Shown: positions 51,843 through 64,000 of the stretch, piece by piece | Layout: every line of letters starts with the position of its first letter | Position numbering within the stretch: position 1 is the stretch's first letter | DNA from: Phoronis australis | Lineage: Eukaryota > Animalia > Phoronida | Assembly (NCBI GenBank): GCA_002633005.1 | Contig: NMRA01000357.1 | Coordinates: 324,341 to 388,340 of the forward strand | Direction: 5' to 3' | Length of the DNA: 64,000 bases | Notes under the pieces: model-generated | Seen by the model: only the letters and a program-made list of their open reading frames with translations | The model's database searches: none | What the model was told of the DNA's origin: nothing | Translations under genes and position numbers: made by a program

Positions 51843-54800
51843 TAAATAAAACAACAATAATGGATCCATTATTCTTGTTTTATTTACATAGAATGGTGAA
51901 GTTTGACACATTTCCGGCCACCAGGCCACTGGATAAATTAATGTTTTGATCGGAGCAGTTCACTTGAAATGGCAAACGTTTTGGTTAAACTGTTTTAGTA
52001 AAAACAAACAGTTTGGCAGTAAGCTCCACTTACATTTCGCGTCTAGTTGGATATTCTTGGAGGTTTCAGAGTCATTTCACAACACTCATATAATTCAGAA
52101 TTCCTCTGAGACCACGGCGCAGGTGCATTTAGGGCTATTAAAAACTAGTTAATCCTCAAGTCTGTCTAGCTCCGTGTCTGCATCAATGAGTTAAGTTGTC
52201 CACTTTCACCCTCTGTACACATCCGTGTCATACTCTACATGTACATGTAAACGTACATGTGCCATGCTTCATCTTAAAATTTTGGGCTGTTGAAATTTGT
52301 GCATTTTGACAAAACAGACGACGCCTTCGACAGCCCTATTCCTGGGAGATAGGATAAGCTAACGCTACCTATTGTGCTCGACTGATAACTACCGCTCACC
52401 ACGCAACTGACAGCACAACTCACTGGACCTGTAAACCCGCGCTCCGTAATCAGGAAAAGTACGTGTGTAGAAGGCTCAAAATCTTCCTGGTGAACTTCCT
52501 CAAATACGTATGGGCTTCCACCAGAGTTTCGCCATTCATCTGAAAGATAAGCAAATTTCTGCGCAGTAGTAATATACCACGAATCTTGGTGATTTGAACA
52601 TTCAGAAGTTTTGTTTTCATTGCGTACAAAAAAGTAAGTTTTGCACTTGTATTCCTTCAAAAATTAATATGAGTTCTCGTATGACTGGTTTTGTCATTTT
52701 CTACTTAGTATACACAACAATATTTACTTACAGTATGAGTGTTTTCAAAACTTATCTGGTTAATTCATATTATACATGTAACTGTGTGCGTTTCCCAAGC
52801 ATGTATGCTGTTGACATCAATATTTATCTATATCAGAGTAATCGCAAATATGTCTTTTAAATTATTCACATTAAAGCTTAACTCTGTTACACCTATTTGA
52901 AAAATCTGATCATATGAAAATAATTTTGAGCATTTGATACCTTTGCGTAAAATGATCGAGGAAAATCACACAACGCGAACAATGCACAATCAATATCAAC
53001 GGAAAGTACACAATAATAATAATTAGCACTATGATGGACTTTTAAGAAGGTCCAAACAGCAAAAAGAAGACTAGAACTGAATGTACCAGCGATTTGACAG
53101 CTTTTTAAATAACCCCTTTTAGCTAGAGAGTATATATAAAAAGACAGAATAATCCTGTTGTACTTTATCAGTGCTTTTGATATTTAAAACCGCAGAGACA
53201 GTTAATTGAAAATCTTTTAATTAACCTGACCTTACATGTACATGTACATGCCCCAAACACGCGGGAGTTGATCGGAAGTTATAAAAGAAAACGCTGTGGT
53301 TGTTCATCAATTAAAGAAAACAGAGATTGTCATGTTCACTCCTTTGCGGGAATATCACATGAAGTGAAGCTATACGGTAGGGCTGCTTGTGAAACCATGA
53401 ACTGTACACTATTTAAACTGTCATAGTCGGCTAAAATGAGGCATGCATAAAACACACAGCGTTGAAGGAGACTGTTGAATTTTTCCCAGACGGCACTTAA
53501 ACAGCATATTCCGTTCTTTTACATCTAAACACGTCAGTTTTCTAACGTAATGTGTTTTTTCTTTCGTTATAATGTATGCGTTGCCAATGATAATTGTTGA
53601 ATCAAGCGGTCTCTTGGAAGACTCTCTTTGCCCAGCGTGTAGCCTCAAAATTAGGACACGATGCTCAACAACACGATACTCTGGTAATACAGGGGCGGAT
53701 CCAGGATTTTTAAAAGGGGGAAGGGTCAATACTATTTTCTAAAATGGGTTCAAGTACAATCTGAAAATCATAACGCTAAATCGTCGTGAGAGACCGTCCG
53801 GAGTTGGTATATGTTGCAACTCCGGACGGTCTAGGGTCAACAGAAAACTACAGTTCAACTGTGATAAACGAGAATAGTTCTAATTGCTGAGTGAGCTGCA
53901 GGTATGCTTATTTTTTATGACACACAATGTGTGACTGGGCAAAGCGTTTTCAAAATACTTTGGATAAATCAGTGGATTGTGAGACCCCTGAGGCCCCTGT
54001 AAAGTCCTCACGACAATTCTACGTTATGTATAGATTTGATATCACTAAAATCAAGGGAAAATGGGGTCCTGACCCCTTGAGCCCGTGGATCTGCCTATGT
54101 TCATAATCCCCTCTCCCTCAAAAAGAAATTACCTAAGTAAGGTATTGTGATTATTACGTTACTGGGTATTAAAGCGAATTTGACCATGCTACCTAATCGG
54201 AATGTGTATCATTTGCAGCCCTTGGGTCGCTCGGACTTTTTTGAGACTCATCTTGGCAAACACTGAAAATATCATGAGTATTTTAAAAGCAACTGTAGAT
54301 TCCCGACTAGAGATAGAGATTGGATGATAAGGCAAACCCACTCGGCGTTTCAAGAACAGAGCTCGACATTCAGTTCTGAAAAAGTTCAGCTCATCTCGCG
54401 TGTAGGTTTAGCGCTTGCTTAGAAAAGTTTATTTCTCCTTTGCCTATCATTCTCTCATACGACGTGAAGAACACACCTTGGCTGTTCTCAACCTGGCTTT
54501 GACCATCACCAGTGTCGGCCATTTTCACGTTGCCATGCAACGTAATTTTATCGAGGACCACAACACATCTTGCAGTTTGATGAATCTAGTAATACGGAAT
54601 GACTTCAAGAGGTCAACACTAGCCGAAAACAACCCAAATATATTGTCAAATCCTTATTTTTCTTAAAAATTAATTGCATCCTCTAACCAAGGAAGAAAAA
54701 TCCATGAGATAGGTATCAAATTGTCGGGTGTTTTCTATTGATCTAACATACATGCATATCTTACATGTATGTTAAGACGGCTATAGACCAGCGTTCGGTG

Positions 54801-54965
54801 TAAGAAGCGAACTTCCAATTAAATTACATAAAATATTCTCAATTCTCGAGAAATTAGTCGAACAAGAAGATAATGTACAAAACAACGCTTATTTGGTGAC
54901 AAAAACAAGACAAAACCGTGATGACAATTGTGATGCATCTGTCCTAGGAGTAACACACTGTACAT

Positions 54966-57335
54966 TAGTCGGTGGGCCAGATTTTGTAGGGCCTCTAGAA
55001 AATGGTTTTTGTGAGTACTTTAGGGGGGCAATTTTATTTTGGTGTTTTTTAATTCAGTTATTAGAGTGTTTTCAAAATCTAAAAAGTTCCCACATATAAA
55101 GTTGCACATTTTTGAGAAATTTGAGTTTGAAGTTACCTAATAATCACCAAAGAGCTTAGTAAACTTATATTTGTAAAAACCAACAGTTTTGGTGACTTTT
55201 TTGTAAAACAAGTAATATGGTCCCTTCAGCGCCATTGTATTGAACAATATTACACTCACATTACATGTTTTACTATTGGAAATTAATTGTAAACAGTGAA
55301 ATTTAAAAAACGTAAAGAGACACCTAGTGGCAAAAATGCAAACTAAGTCTGAATATTACTAGGAAGTTATTCTGGCATTGTCAGGCAACAAAAATAACAC
55401 AAAACACTTGAGACTGGGCAAAATCTGTGCCTCAATGACTAAAACATTGACTAATGGTGTAAAATACAGCTTGTTTGCATAATACACCAGAAATACGTTA
55501 TGGTACAAAAACAATATAGTTGAATGATCTCTGTGAATGTGCACAAAGACTGTATGAAAATAATAGATTATTCAAACAGCGTTTATCAAGCAGTATGAGA
55601 CAAATACATGACAGTATCAAAGTATGTACTTTCTATGGCTTAATCAACAAATAAAATTAACTTTTTAATACAAAAAAGGAAATAACGGGGTTGGAGGTCT
55701 ATTTAGGGTTGACTTGTCAAAGAACTATCCAATGTTATGTAGTCAGTGTTGCTGATGTTACTACAGTTGTCACAGCTGTACATTTCTGTACAGTTTGACC
55801 CAGCATTGCAGCACAAACTCAGTTTCCCAGCACACATGTTCTTTTTGCACTTGCAGCGTTCATCGTTTAGTACTGTCAATGGAGATGCGGTCATTGCCAT
55901 ACATATTAACTGCAAAGCTCCACNTTGAAATTTATTTTCTTTAAATCAGATGCTCAAACCATAGTCAATCGATTTACACTTAAGGTAATCAACGTTTGAC
56001 GAAATGGACAGTGGCTTCCATCGTCCTCAAATTTCGACGGCGACGATGGCCACTTAGGCACTTTAATCTAATTATCATCGCAGCTACCTAAGTAATTAAT
56101 GTTTACAAAAAATTGAGACTATGGCAGGGGATGACGGCCAATTGGCATGTTGTTTGCAACCATCTACTCCATTTAACCTTCTCAAATTTTTTGACTTAAA
56201 GTGCTTTAAAATCACACCCACATTATAACGCCATAGGATAATCCCTTAGCGCAAGCAGTCTCGATGTGGCAACTGAATGGAGTGTTCGAAAAACATGATT
56301 GCAGGAGCATTTGTTTAAACTGGGAACAAATGAAAACATTAACTACCTCCTCAGAGGCATCTCTCTACGCGGTACTTCTAAACTTATAGGAATATAATTT
56401 GCCGAAAAGTATCCGGCATATGAAGTACCTATGGTATGATCATCGTCTCTACTGGGTCAGCAGTATTGTCTAAGGCCTAGGCAGCCAAGGGGCAGAACAA
56501 GTTAAAAAACAACTGGTGCTAATACTGAAACACACATGGAAAACACCAAGATGTATTTTTAAAAAACACGTACCTGTTTTTGAAAGCTATACTTCTTCCT
56601 CTTTCTTGAAATGTGGCCCATAATGTACTTTTCCTGCTAACAAATGATGCACTAATGTTTCAGAATGTTCCTATCTTGTTCAGGTTAGTTTCAGATTTTG
56701 GAAGTATAATTGATTTTCTTGGGAAATCTTGGATAACATCTGTATCACTTTCAGCAACTTCAGCTTTAGTACTACTGTTGGTGCCTTGAAACGTTGCTAT
56801 CCCGTTCTATGTCCTTTCAATTTTTTGGTCTGACACTTGGTCTTCTAGTCTACAGCACTCAGCAGTATACTGTGTAGGCTACCAGGACATGCAGCTGTTT
56901 TCTGCACAAACGTTTGTGACACTTCTTCTTTTTGATCTACTGATCTACAGAATTCCACAGTCAATCAGCTTTCGTCAGGAAGCTTTCCTAAGCTTCTTTA
57001 GGCTCTGACATCACAATTTTGTGCTGTTTGATAAACCTTGAATTATACAGGCATCACACTCCATTGGAGCAGCCATATTGAAGTAACTAAGCACAACAAT
57101 ACAATCTGGCTCTCTGATTGGTCAATTCAATAGAAAAGCGCCATCAAGTGGCAGGAATGTACATCATGTTTTTTGCAACAAAAACACCTTTTTTTAAAAA
57201 AATGTGCAAGTGTAGATGTGGGAACTTTTTGGAATTTGATTTATAGGTATATTATCTAGCCACATAGAAAAAAACTAGGTTGCCCCCCCAAAGTACTCAC
57301 AAGGATGAACGCTATGAGATCTGGCCCACCGACTA
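54966..57335 (-). mobile_element. Academ-type DNA transposon, internally deleted
   Basis: TAGTCGGTGGGCCAGAT TIRs with extended subterminal similarity and a 3-bp CAT TSD. 55703-55915 (-) encodes CKCKKNMC...CCNAGSNCTEMYSCDNCSN, resembling the Cys-rich Academ transposase C-terminus. Confidence 0.8.
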
Positions 57336-59633
57336 CATGTACGTAATAACTCGGATAGTGTACCAGTGGCGCTACCGGGGCATAGGTCTACTAGCAAACT
57401 TGTGAGAAAAACTTCTGAATACGAGGAACCGTTTTGGCCAACAACAAAATCAATTTCATGACAAATTTTTTGTTCAGTTACTGCAAGAAATGCACTCGTA
57501 CAACATTATGTACGGAATTGGCATTTAGCATAGAACAACTCGAAATTCCAGACCAGTGGAAATCACAGTACGAAATTATTTTGAAATTTGTCGAGAAAAT
57601 ACCTCTTTTTGTACAAAATTGACTCTATAAAGATATCACCATATTTACTTAACCAAGGCGGCGGCGAGCACTTTCCGGTGAGTAATTTGCAGCGTCGGTA
57701 AGGGCGAGAGTGATAACTTGGCGGACGCGGTGGCTACCGGCGTGAGGCAACTGTGAATTTTTTTACGACACGGAAGGACACGGTGAAACTTTGTAGGGGG
57801 CTTTGAACTTGTCCAAGATCATTTGTTTTTCTACGGCATTGCACAATACCTGTTTAAATGCAACTTGCACAGTGAATTGACCTTAACGCGGATGGGGAAA
57901 TCAATGCAGTGCATTGGATTGGTACACTGTAAATGAAGGTGATCCGATAGAGAGGCATAAAAGTGTAAAATCGTCTGTTCGGTAAGTTATTTACAAAGAT
58001 GCTACGCAAAAAAATCTCGCGATGTAATCTATTGTGTTCACTTGCTTCGCTTGGAACACATGTTGATACTTCGCATCTCGCATCTACGGTACGCATGCCT
58101 GCTTATACGCACATCTATGATGAACTGTTCTGAACCCCTGCCTGCTCTAAATAGTACACAGATCGGGATGTGCACATCTACTAGTGGTGTAGGCAACACG
58201 TAGCCCCTCGGTTGGCCGGTTGGGGGCTACAATACTTCCCATCGCTTTGTGTACGAATTTCGTCCCGTTTATTTTAAACGGGCGGTAGGCCAAATCCGGC
58301 CACCGATTTGGAGATTTCACCTCGTCAAAAATACATTCCGCACTAAAACTATCGCTTAAAAAGCCCTTATTTTTCAGTGGTCTTTTTTTCTTCCACACGT
58401 ATCTCCGATGAAGCTTAGTTATTAGAATTAAGGTGACTTTAGCGAAAAATTACAACTCCACTTTTTGGTCACGGTTAACTTTTCCACCACGCGCGCGATA
58501 ACCACAGTTTTCAAACTGAGTCACGTGAGTTAGGCAAACCTAACGCGAGACTGAGCGAAGCGCGTGACGCTAGCGAGTGACACTTACAAAATAGCATGGG
58601 AAGGTATCAGGGGAAATTTGTAAGATTTGTATTCCTTGGACTTTTTATTCGTTAACATGTGTGATTCCACCTAACTTCCTCAAAATGGCACTCGGTAAGA
58701 GAAACTCGAGCAAAGTGAGACACATTTTCTTCGATTTGTTCAAATTATCTTGACAGAATCGTCTCCAGACTTATGGTATGTGTTAATTATAACTCCATGT
58801 ATATATATGCGTGTTTCATTTGATTTTATTCCATGTATTTTGAAATTCGTAACTTTTTGCGGGATGTAGGCCTAGTATCACCCTTGGCCTGCGGCATTCA
58901 AGGCGATGTACATGTAATTGCCTACTAGCGTAGCCGAGCTGCTTGCGTTACTGATAGCCAGCACTCCTCTGTGTACGTCACGCGCTCTGAATAAAGAGGT
59001 CAACACGAAACACGACGCACTAACACAGTGACGCGTTTGCAAAGGATGGGTGACCCAGTTCCAAATGAAGACCCCCAATGTTCTGCCAGACGACAAAGTA
59101 GAGCAAACTTCCGGTAAGTACTTCAACATCTGCTATTGTCCACTCGAGAACCAATTATTATAATTGTTATCTTGGGACAGCACCACGCCCTTACTACTAA
59201 AAGAAATTGTCAATTAAAAGGTCAGGCACAGATCAAATCCTGGGGTACTACTCCAATCTCCAATCACATTTACAAGAGTCTTCTATTATTTGCATACAAC
59301 ATTTATTATTGATCATCAAGCTGTGAAAGGTGAACGTATACTGTACACGAAAGGAACGTTCATATCTAAAATGTTGAAGGACAATGAGAACAACAAAAGT
59401 AATGTCAAACTATATAAAATACAAACACATAAATCACGGAACGTCTTGATATCATTTATTCGTAAATTGTTTTCAACACATGAACATTCTGTCGTGAACG
59501 ATTCTACAAATGTGGCATGCCAACCCTTGCGAAACAGCGCACCCCCGGGAAAGGTTTCTTCGCGTGTCGCCATCATCTGTTGCGTCAATGATTCTTGTGA
59601 CATTATAAACACTTGAAAACGTGGCACGTAGAT

Positions 59634-59641
59634 TATATAAG
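59634..59641 (+). promoter_or_regulatory. TATA box of the paralog
   Basis: TATATAAG ~85 nt upstream of the ATG at 59720. Confidence 0.45.
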
Positions 59642-59719
59642 GGTGCACGACAACGTGTCTTCCTAACGATACACAGGCAATCTTCCATCGCCACACCTCT
59701 GCCACAAATACCCTACGCT

Positions 59720-59842
59720 ATGGAGCTAAGACTTCTTTCCCTGGCACTGCTCACTGTAGCGGTTGGTTGGACTTGCGCTAAGCCGGTTACTGATTCCTGT
59801 GTCGTTGACTATTCAGCCTTTAAACCATCTGGCCTCTTTAAG
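59720..59842 (+). CDS. First exon of a tandem paralog of the lipocalin-fusion gene (rest not found in window)
   Basis: MELRLLSLALLTVAVGWTCAKPVTDSCVVDYSAFKPSGLFK|gtaagg. It shares the MEL...AKPVxxSCxxD layout, near-identical length and phase-0 donor with 40813-40938. Confidence 0.78.
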
Positions 59843-60630
59843 GTAAGGACTAATTTCTTGGTGCAATGATCTGGTTTATCAAACGTTGCGTGTCGACTTG
59901 TCGTAGTTAAGACCGCCGTAATTCATGTCTTTACTGGCACACAAGACCGTTACGGAGGACTACTGTCAAGTCTTCTGAAATCAAACGTCGAAACCGTGCC
60001 ACAGGGTATAAGTGAGAGTTATTATGAATCTGAAAAATCTCGGTCCCAGGGTCTTCTCTATGTTGCTTATTTTTTAAATAAAAACTTATGCAACGTCGCC
60101 ACGGTACTACAAAAATTAAAACATTCCGGTGGAGGCACGTTATTATTTTGTGTCCTGTGCGTTCTGAAAAGTCTCAATGTGCCGACGAAATATCAATCTG
60201 ACTTAATGAAGAAATGTAATTTTAGTAGATTATTCGACAATCTGTACAGTGCTTTAAAAGTGATGCAACCTTTTCTCATCAAAAATCGACCTCATGAAAC
60301 TATAAGAGTATATCCTCAGTTAATTTCCAAATGACTTACTGTTATCTTACAGTACATGTATATTTTGTGTCGCTCAAAGTTTTCTTAGCGACTTCGACGA
60401 AGCAATGTATACGTCGTCAATAATTGTCAGATATTTTTAGAACATTGTAAAACTGAAGGTGAGTGATGATATTTTAATCAAGATCATTTGACGTGGGTAT
60501 GCCACGTGTTGCACTTTTCTGATGCTCGTTTACGCCAAGAAAAATGGATTTTTCTGGAAATGCTTAGTCATTGTACTCTCTAATCGACCTTCGTCCAGCT
60601 CCTTGTAGCTGATCATGAATTAACCAATAT

Positions 60631-62242
60631 AGACCCTATTCACGCCGACAGGAGGCGCCTTCCAAAACGAGACTCGCTACGATAGCTCTGGTGGCTTATC
60701 CGCGTAGTTGTACTCCGCGTTGCTCGAGCAGCTAGAAAAAATACAGACACTCTGTTTTAAAATCCCTAAGGACGTTGGGATCCGGAAGCGTTGGGTCCTT
60801 GCCATTCGCCGCGACGACGGAAAATATGTCCGTGTAAAATTTATAACTGTTATCGAATCATAATTTGTAGCATCTCAGACTGGATGCCGCCATAGCAACG
60901 GGGACCGGAGAATCTTCGGCCAGCCAGGCTGTTTTCATGACTATGGGTTGAAGCGCGATGCATTTTTCTTTAAAAAAAGGACAGGGCCCTCAATCCCTCA
61001 ATTTTGGGGCCAAGTTTCGACTCTATTACCCTCTCAAAAATATTGAAAAATCACGCGAAATTCGCGGCCACGAGGCCTAAAAATTCCCTTTGTGATTGAA
61101 AAATTCTCTCCAACGGTTCAAATAACTTGTGACCACAAGGGTGACAATTTGAAAAAAGTACAAAATCATAGGCAGATTTAGAGGGGACAGGGGCCGCAAG
61201 CAAAAATAAACCAGCAAAACGTGAAGCGGGGGGAAATACTGAGTTCGAGCTAGGACCGGTAGTGGACGAGGGGGGAAAACACGTTCCGTTTTATTGTTTT
61301 AGTCCACGACAGTTTGGGGAGGCAAGGCAGTGTACTAGTCAGGATTTTGCCCGTCAGACATTCGCGCTCCTGAACTGCCAGATGGCCGGAGTCTGCCAGT
61401 GGGAGAATTTTAAGGGGGGCTGGGGCATAGCCCCTGGGCTCCCCTATAAATCCGCCACTGTGTTATGTCCAGTTAACTGAATTTGAGCTCTAAAACGAGG
61501 TTATGCTTTGGACGAAAGAATTAGGTGTTTTAATTTTAAAATTCAACTCGGTCGAGATTGATATTTGAAAAATGTAACACATGAAATAGACGCAATTATT
61601 AAAACCAAGAAAGCAGAATTGATGGTCATATAATTATTATTTTCAATTGCGAGCCTGGTTTTTTATCGTAATCAAAATATATATTTAATAACTTCAAGTA
61701 TTATTTCAGATCAATGACAAATCAACTGTTAGTCCCGGTAGCGCCTACCTCACCAGGACCTAGGCTATGCTTGAAGCAAATAGGCCTACTCTTGTTTAAC
61801 AAATTAAACTAGATGTGACTAATTGCACATGACAGCAAAATTCTATAAGCCTCCACTGTCAAATATATCTTCAACTCGTCAACAATACGGCCAGATGACC
61901 TGGTTCATGTAGAAAGCATTTTTATCAAGAATTTATTAGAAGAAACGTAGCTCTGCATTCGGCATGATACCTAATCCTTAACACTACGATCGCCGCAATT
62001 TGGTCGTATTTACTTTTCATGTTTCGAACCTAGTTTTCCTGACAAAACTATATCCTTTCGTCAGACAACTCTTTGGTGCATTGACTTGTTCTTTAATTGT
62101 ATTTTTCTACGTCTCTGTGGTTAATTATTGACACATTTTTTTAAGATTTAAAATTCATGTTGGACTCCAAAGTAAGTTTCCGCTTTGTTTATCGCAGTGA
62201 GCCTCGCTTTGGATTTTAATGTCCGCCGCGTGAATTGGGTCT
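60631..62242 (+). mobile_element. ISL2EU/Harbinger-like element with a THAP remnant
   Basis: TIR AGACCC(T/A)ATTCACGC and a 2-bp AT TSD. At ~60740-60835 it encodes FKIPKDVGIRKRWVLAIRRDDGK, a THAP fragment. Confidence 0.65.
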
Positions 62243-62936
62243 ATAGACCAGTAAAGCCTTGCTGGAAGTGCCCAGTGTCCAGACGTGTCGTCCTGTGGCT
62301 TTCGTTTGCGGCGAACGATTATGCATGTAAGCAACAGAGGACAGCAAAATAAAATAACAAGAAGTCTTATTACTGACTTATGCTGTACTTTGTTGCTGCA
62401 ACCGTTTGCCGCTGCAGACGTCCCTAAAAGTGACTTGTCGTGGCCTTTCTAAAACGTGTTTCTGTTTAACTATCCTTTTATTAACATAATGACGTCATTT
62501 TAATATAGTGTATTACAGAGATTACCCACTTCGAAAGCAGATTTAGATGCCGAGACTGCGTTTTGTGCACAGGTGTACCGCACACATTTGTTCAATTATT
62601 AAAGGCGATGGCAACCTTTTTCCATGTCATTTTGAGCTAAAATAAGGTTGGTTGGTTATCCTAGACATATTTTCCACTTAATTACAGCTATTCGTAATTT
62701 TATAAATTAATCGTCCGCTACTCCGGAAGTGACGTTTTAAGAGGCAAGCGTTTCCCGCCACTTGGTTTTCCGTTGACTTTACCGTGCGAATCTGTTCTAT
62801 TCTACCTTTGTTTTGTGCTGTTTTTCAACAATTGTCGCCACCACATTCCATCGGCGTGTATTCTGCGGCAAGATAGGTTAGTAGAGAACTCAACTACGAT
62901 GGATTTGAGGATTGTTTAGTGTGTTGTAAGCTGAAA

Positions 62937-63332
62937 ATGGCTGGAGCCGGTGACCGGTATCACAATGACAGTAGTGTGAGTGACGGAGACCTTGTTCACA
63001 GAAGTGGTGACGAGCAATTTTTTCACGAACATTCAGTGGGTGGGTACATGTTTGAGCCCGAGTATAACGAGGCAGAGTACGCACAGGCACAGGCAGCTGT
63101 TGAGAGAAACGAGGCGGCTACTGAGGACAGACGTGGTGACACATCTTGGTGCAAATGCACTGTGTGCGTTGTTATGCCTACCTCAATGGAATGCTTGTGC
63201 TGTTCAGAGTTCGACGAGGCCAAGCCACTACTGGATATGGTTAAGTGGACCTCCGGCATACCACGGACAGAGGAACAACTGTCCCACTTGCCAGAGTGTC
63301 CCGCGACACACTCCCACTGGATGGTGACCTGA
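62937..63332 (+). CDS. KolX-like (P2X7 C-terminal Cys-rich-like) ORF, 3'-truncated
   Basis: GYMFEPE...RRGDTSWCKCTVCVVMPTSMECLCCSE matches the PYxFEP...WCxCxxCxxMPTxxECxCCxE signature. Homology ends at ~63230. Confidence 0.8.
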   Translation: MAGAGDRYHNDSSVSDGDLVHRSGDEQFFHEHSVGGYMFEPEYNEAEYAQAQAAVERNEAATEDRRGDTSWCKCTVCVVMPTSMECLCCSEFDEAKPLLDMVKWTSGIPRTEEQLSHLPECPATHSHWMVT

Positions 63333-64000
63333 GCACCCAAACTGCTTACATCGTGTCGTGTGACTCCCTCGCCACACACCTGGCACCTTCTAAATAGCTC
63401 CAACACTTTAGACAAGTCCACAATAAACTTATCAAAGTTTGGCTCACCGATCTGTTCACTGGACGACGAACTGTCCTCTTCACTGGGTGTCGAACTGGGC
63501 CTGTAATCACTCCCACTACTCAATATCGCTGCAGGGCTGCTTAGAGGCTCTGGGCTGGAGAAAACAGCACAGGGCGAATCACTACTGGTTCCAGGAATTG
63601 CACGCTCTGGGGTACGTTCGGAGGCACGGGTGACAGTAGATGAAGTGCCTCCACTGGCTCCAGTCACTGTACTGGCCACAGCTCGCGAGGCTTCTCGCTT
63701 CAAAAACGCACTTCTCGGGGGTGGCGACGGGGCACTGCCGGGAATCAACACAGACGGAATGGCATCCTTCTTCAAGCGTTGTTTCGCGGGGACCTTCATC
63801 AGTTCAGCGTACAAATCCCTTTCGTAATCGGACGGCAGAAAGTGCTTGCCACACACACGGTAATTCTCCACTGCTTTGTACGTTGCGTGGACGGGTAACG
63901 CTGCGTTCTTCACACGAACGAGCCAAGTACGGCGAAGTGTGTCATCCATCGGAAAGCGATGCAAAGGCACTCCCAAAGCGCGCGTGAGCCGATAATTACT
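63023..64000 (-). CDS. THAP-domain N-terminal part of a Kolobok transposase, lacking the catalytic core
   Basis: LHRFP...RRTW...RVCGKHFLPSDY...LKKDAIPSV (THAP), a Ser-rich linker, then CQVCG...WECVAGHSGKWDS...GMPEVHL. The start codon lies beyond the window. Confidence 0.82.
   Translation of the reverse strand, partial: SNYRLTRALGVPLHRFPMDDTLRRTWLVRVKNAALPVHATYKAVENYRVCGKHFLPSDYERDLYAELMKVPAKQRLKKDAIPSVLIPGSAPSPPPRSAFLKREASRAVASTVTGASGGTSSTVTRASERTPERAIPGTSSDSPCAVFSSPEPLSSPAAILSSGSDYRPSSTPSEEDSSSSSEQIGEPNFDKFIVDLSKVLELFRRCQVCGEGVTRHDVSSLGAQVTIQWECVAGHSGKWDSCSSVRGMPEVHLTISSSGLASSNSEQHKHSIEVGITTHTVHLHQDVSPRLSSVAASFLSTAACACAYSASLYSGSNMYPPTECS

Larger units (their letters stand above)
62603..64000. 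mobile_element. Internally deleted Kolobok DNA transposon (runs off the window end)
   Basis: TTAA|AGGCGATGGCAACC terminus. It carries convergent KolX-like (+) and THAP-transposase (-) ORFs that are fused at ~63230. Confidence 0.85.

Noticed and set aside
52274-52660. 128-aa minus-strand ORF with a good acceptor near 52540
   Set aside because: No recognisable domain and no partner exons could be linked.
1-64000. CRISPR arrays, operons or other prokaryotic systems
   Set aside because: No regularly spaced direct repeats. The gene structure is spliceosomal and eukaryotic.

Overview
AT-rich, intron-rich eukaryotic DNA that looks like a marine invertebrate (many TACATGTA motifs; one N-gap). By reading splice sites and exon phases by hand I can build three protein-coding genes and the first exon of a fourth. 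(1) + strand, 8972-29190: a predicted GPI-anchored surface protein of about 429 aa, ordered signal peptide-ShKT-IgV-linker-IgV-EGF-GPI signal. Remnants of a paralogous EGF module lie upstream at 2.7-4.1 kb. (2) - strand, 35706-30397: an MFSD4/NaGLT1-like MFS transporter of about 480 aa. (3) + strand, 40813-49155: a secreted protein of about 469 aa, ordered lipocalin-(E/D)GSG repeat region-antistasin-two thyroglobulin type-1 domains. This layout is strikingly analogous to vertebrate AMBP (alpha-1-microglobulin/bikunin) but uses different inhibitor modules. (4) The first exon of a tandem paralog of gene 3 at 59720. Introns and intergenic DNA are full of transposon remnants: four Kolobok-type elements (TTAA target, THAP domain, one with KolX), an Academ element, an ISL2EU-like element, Penelope-like and CR1/L2-like RT fragments, MITEs with 5-bp TSDs and tRNA-derived SINE heads. 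A near-identical tandem duplication at 19.9-23.1 kb is probably an assembly or haplotype artefact. All gene models are manual and lack transcript support.
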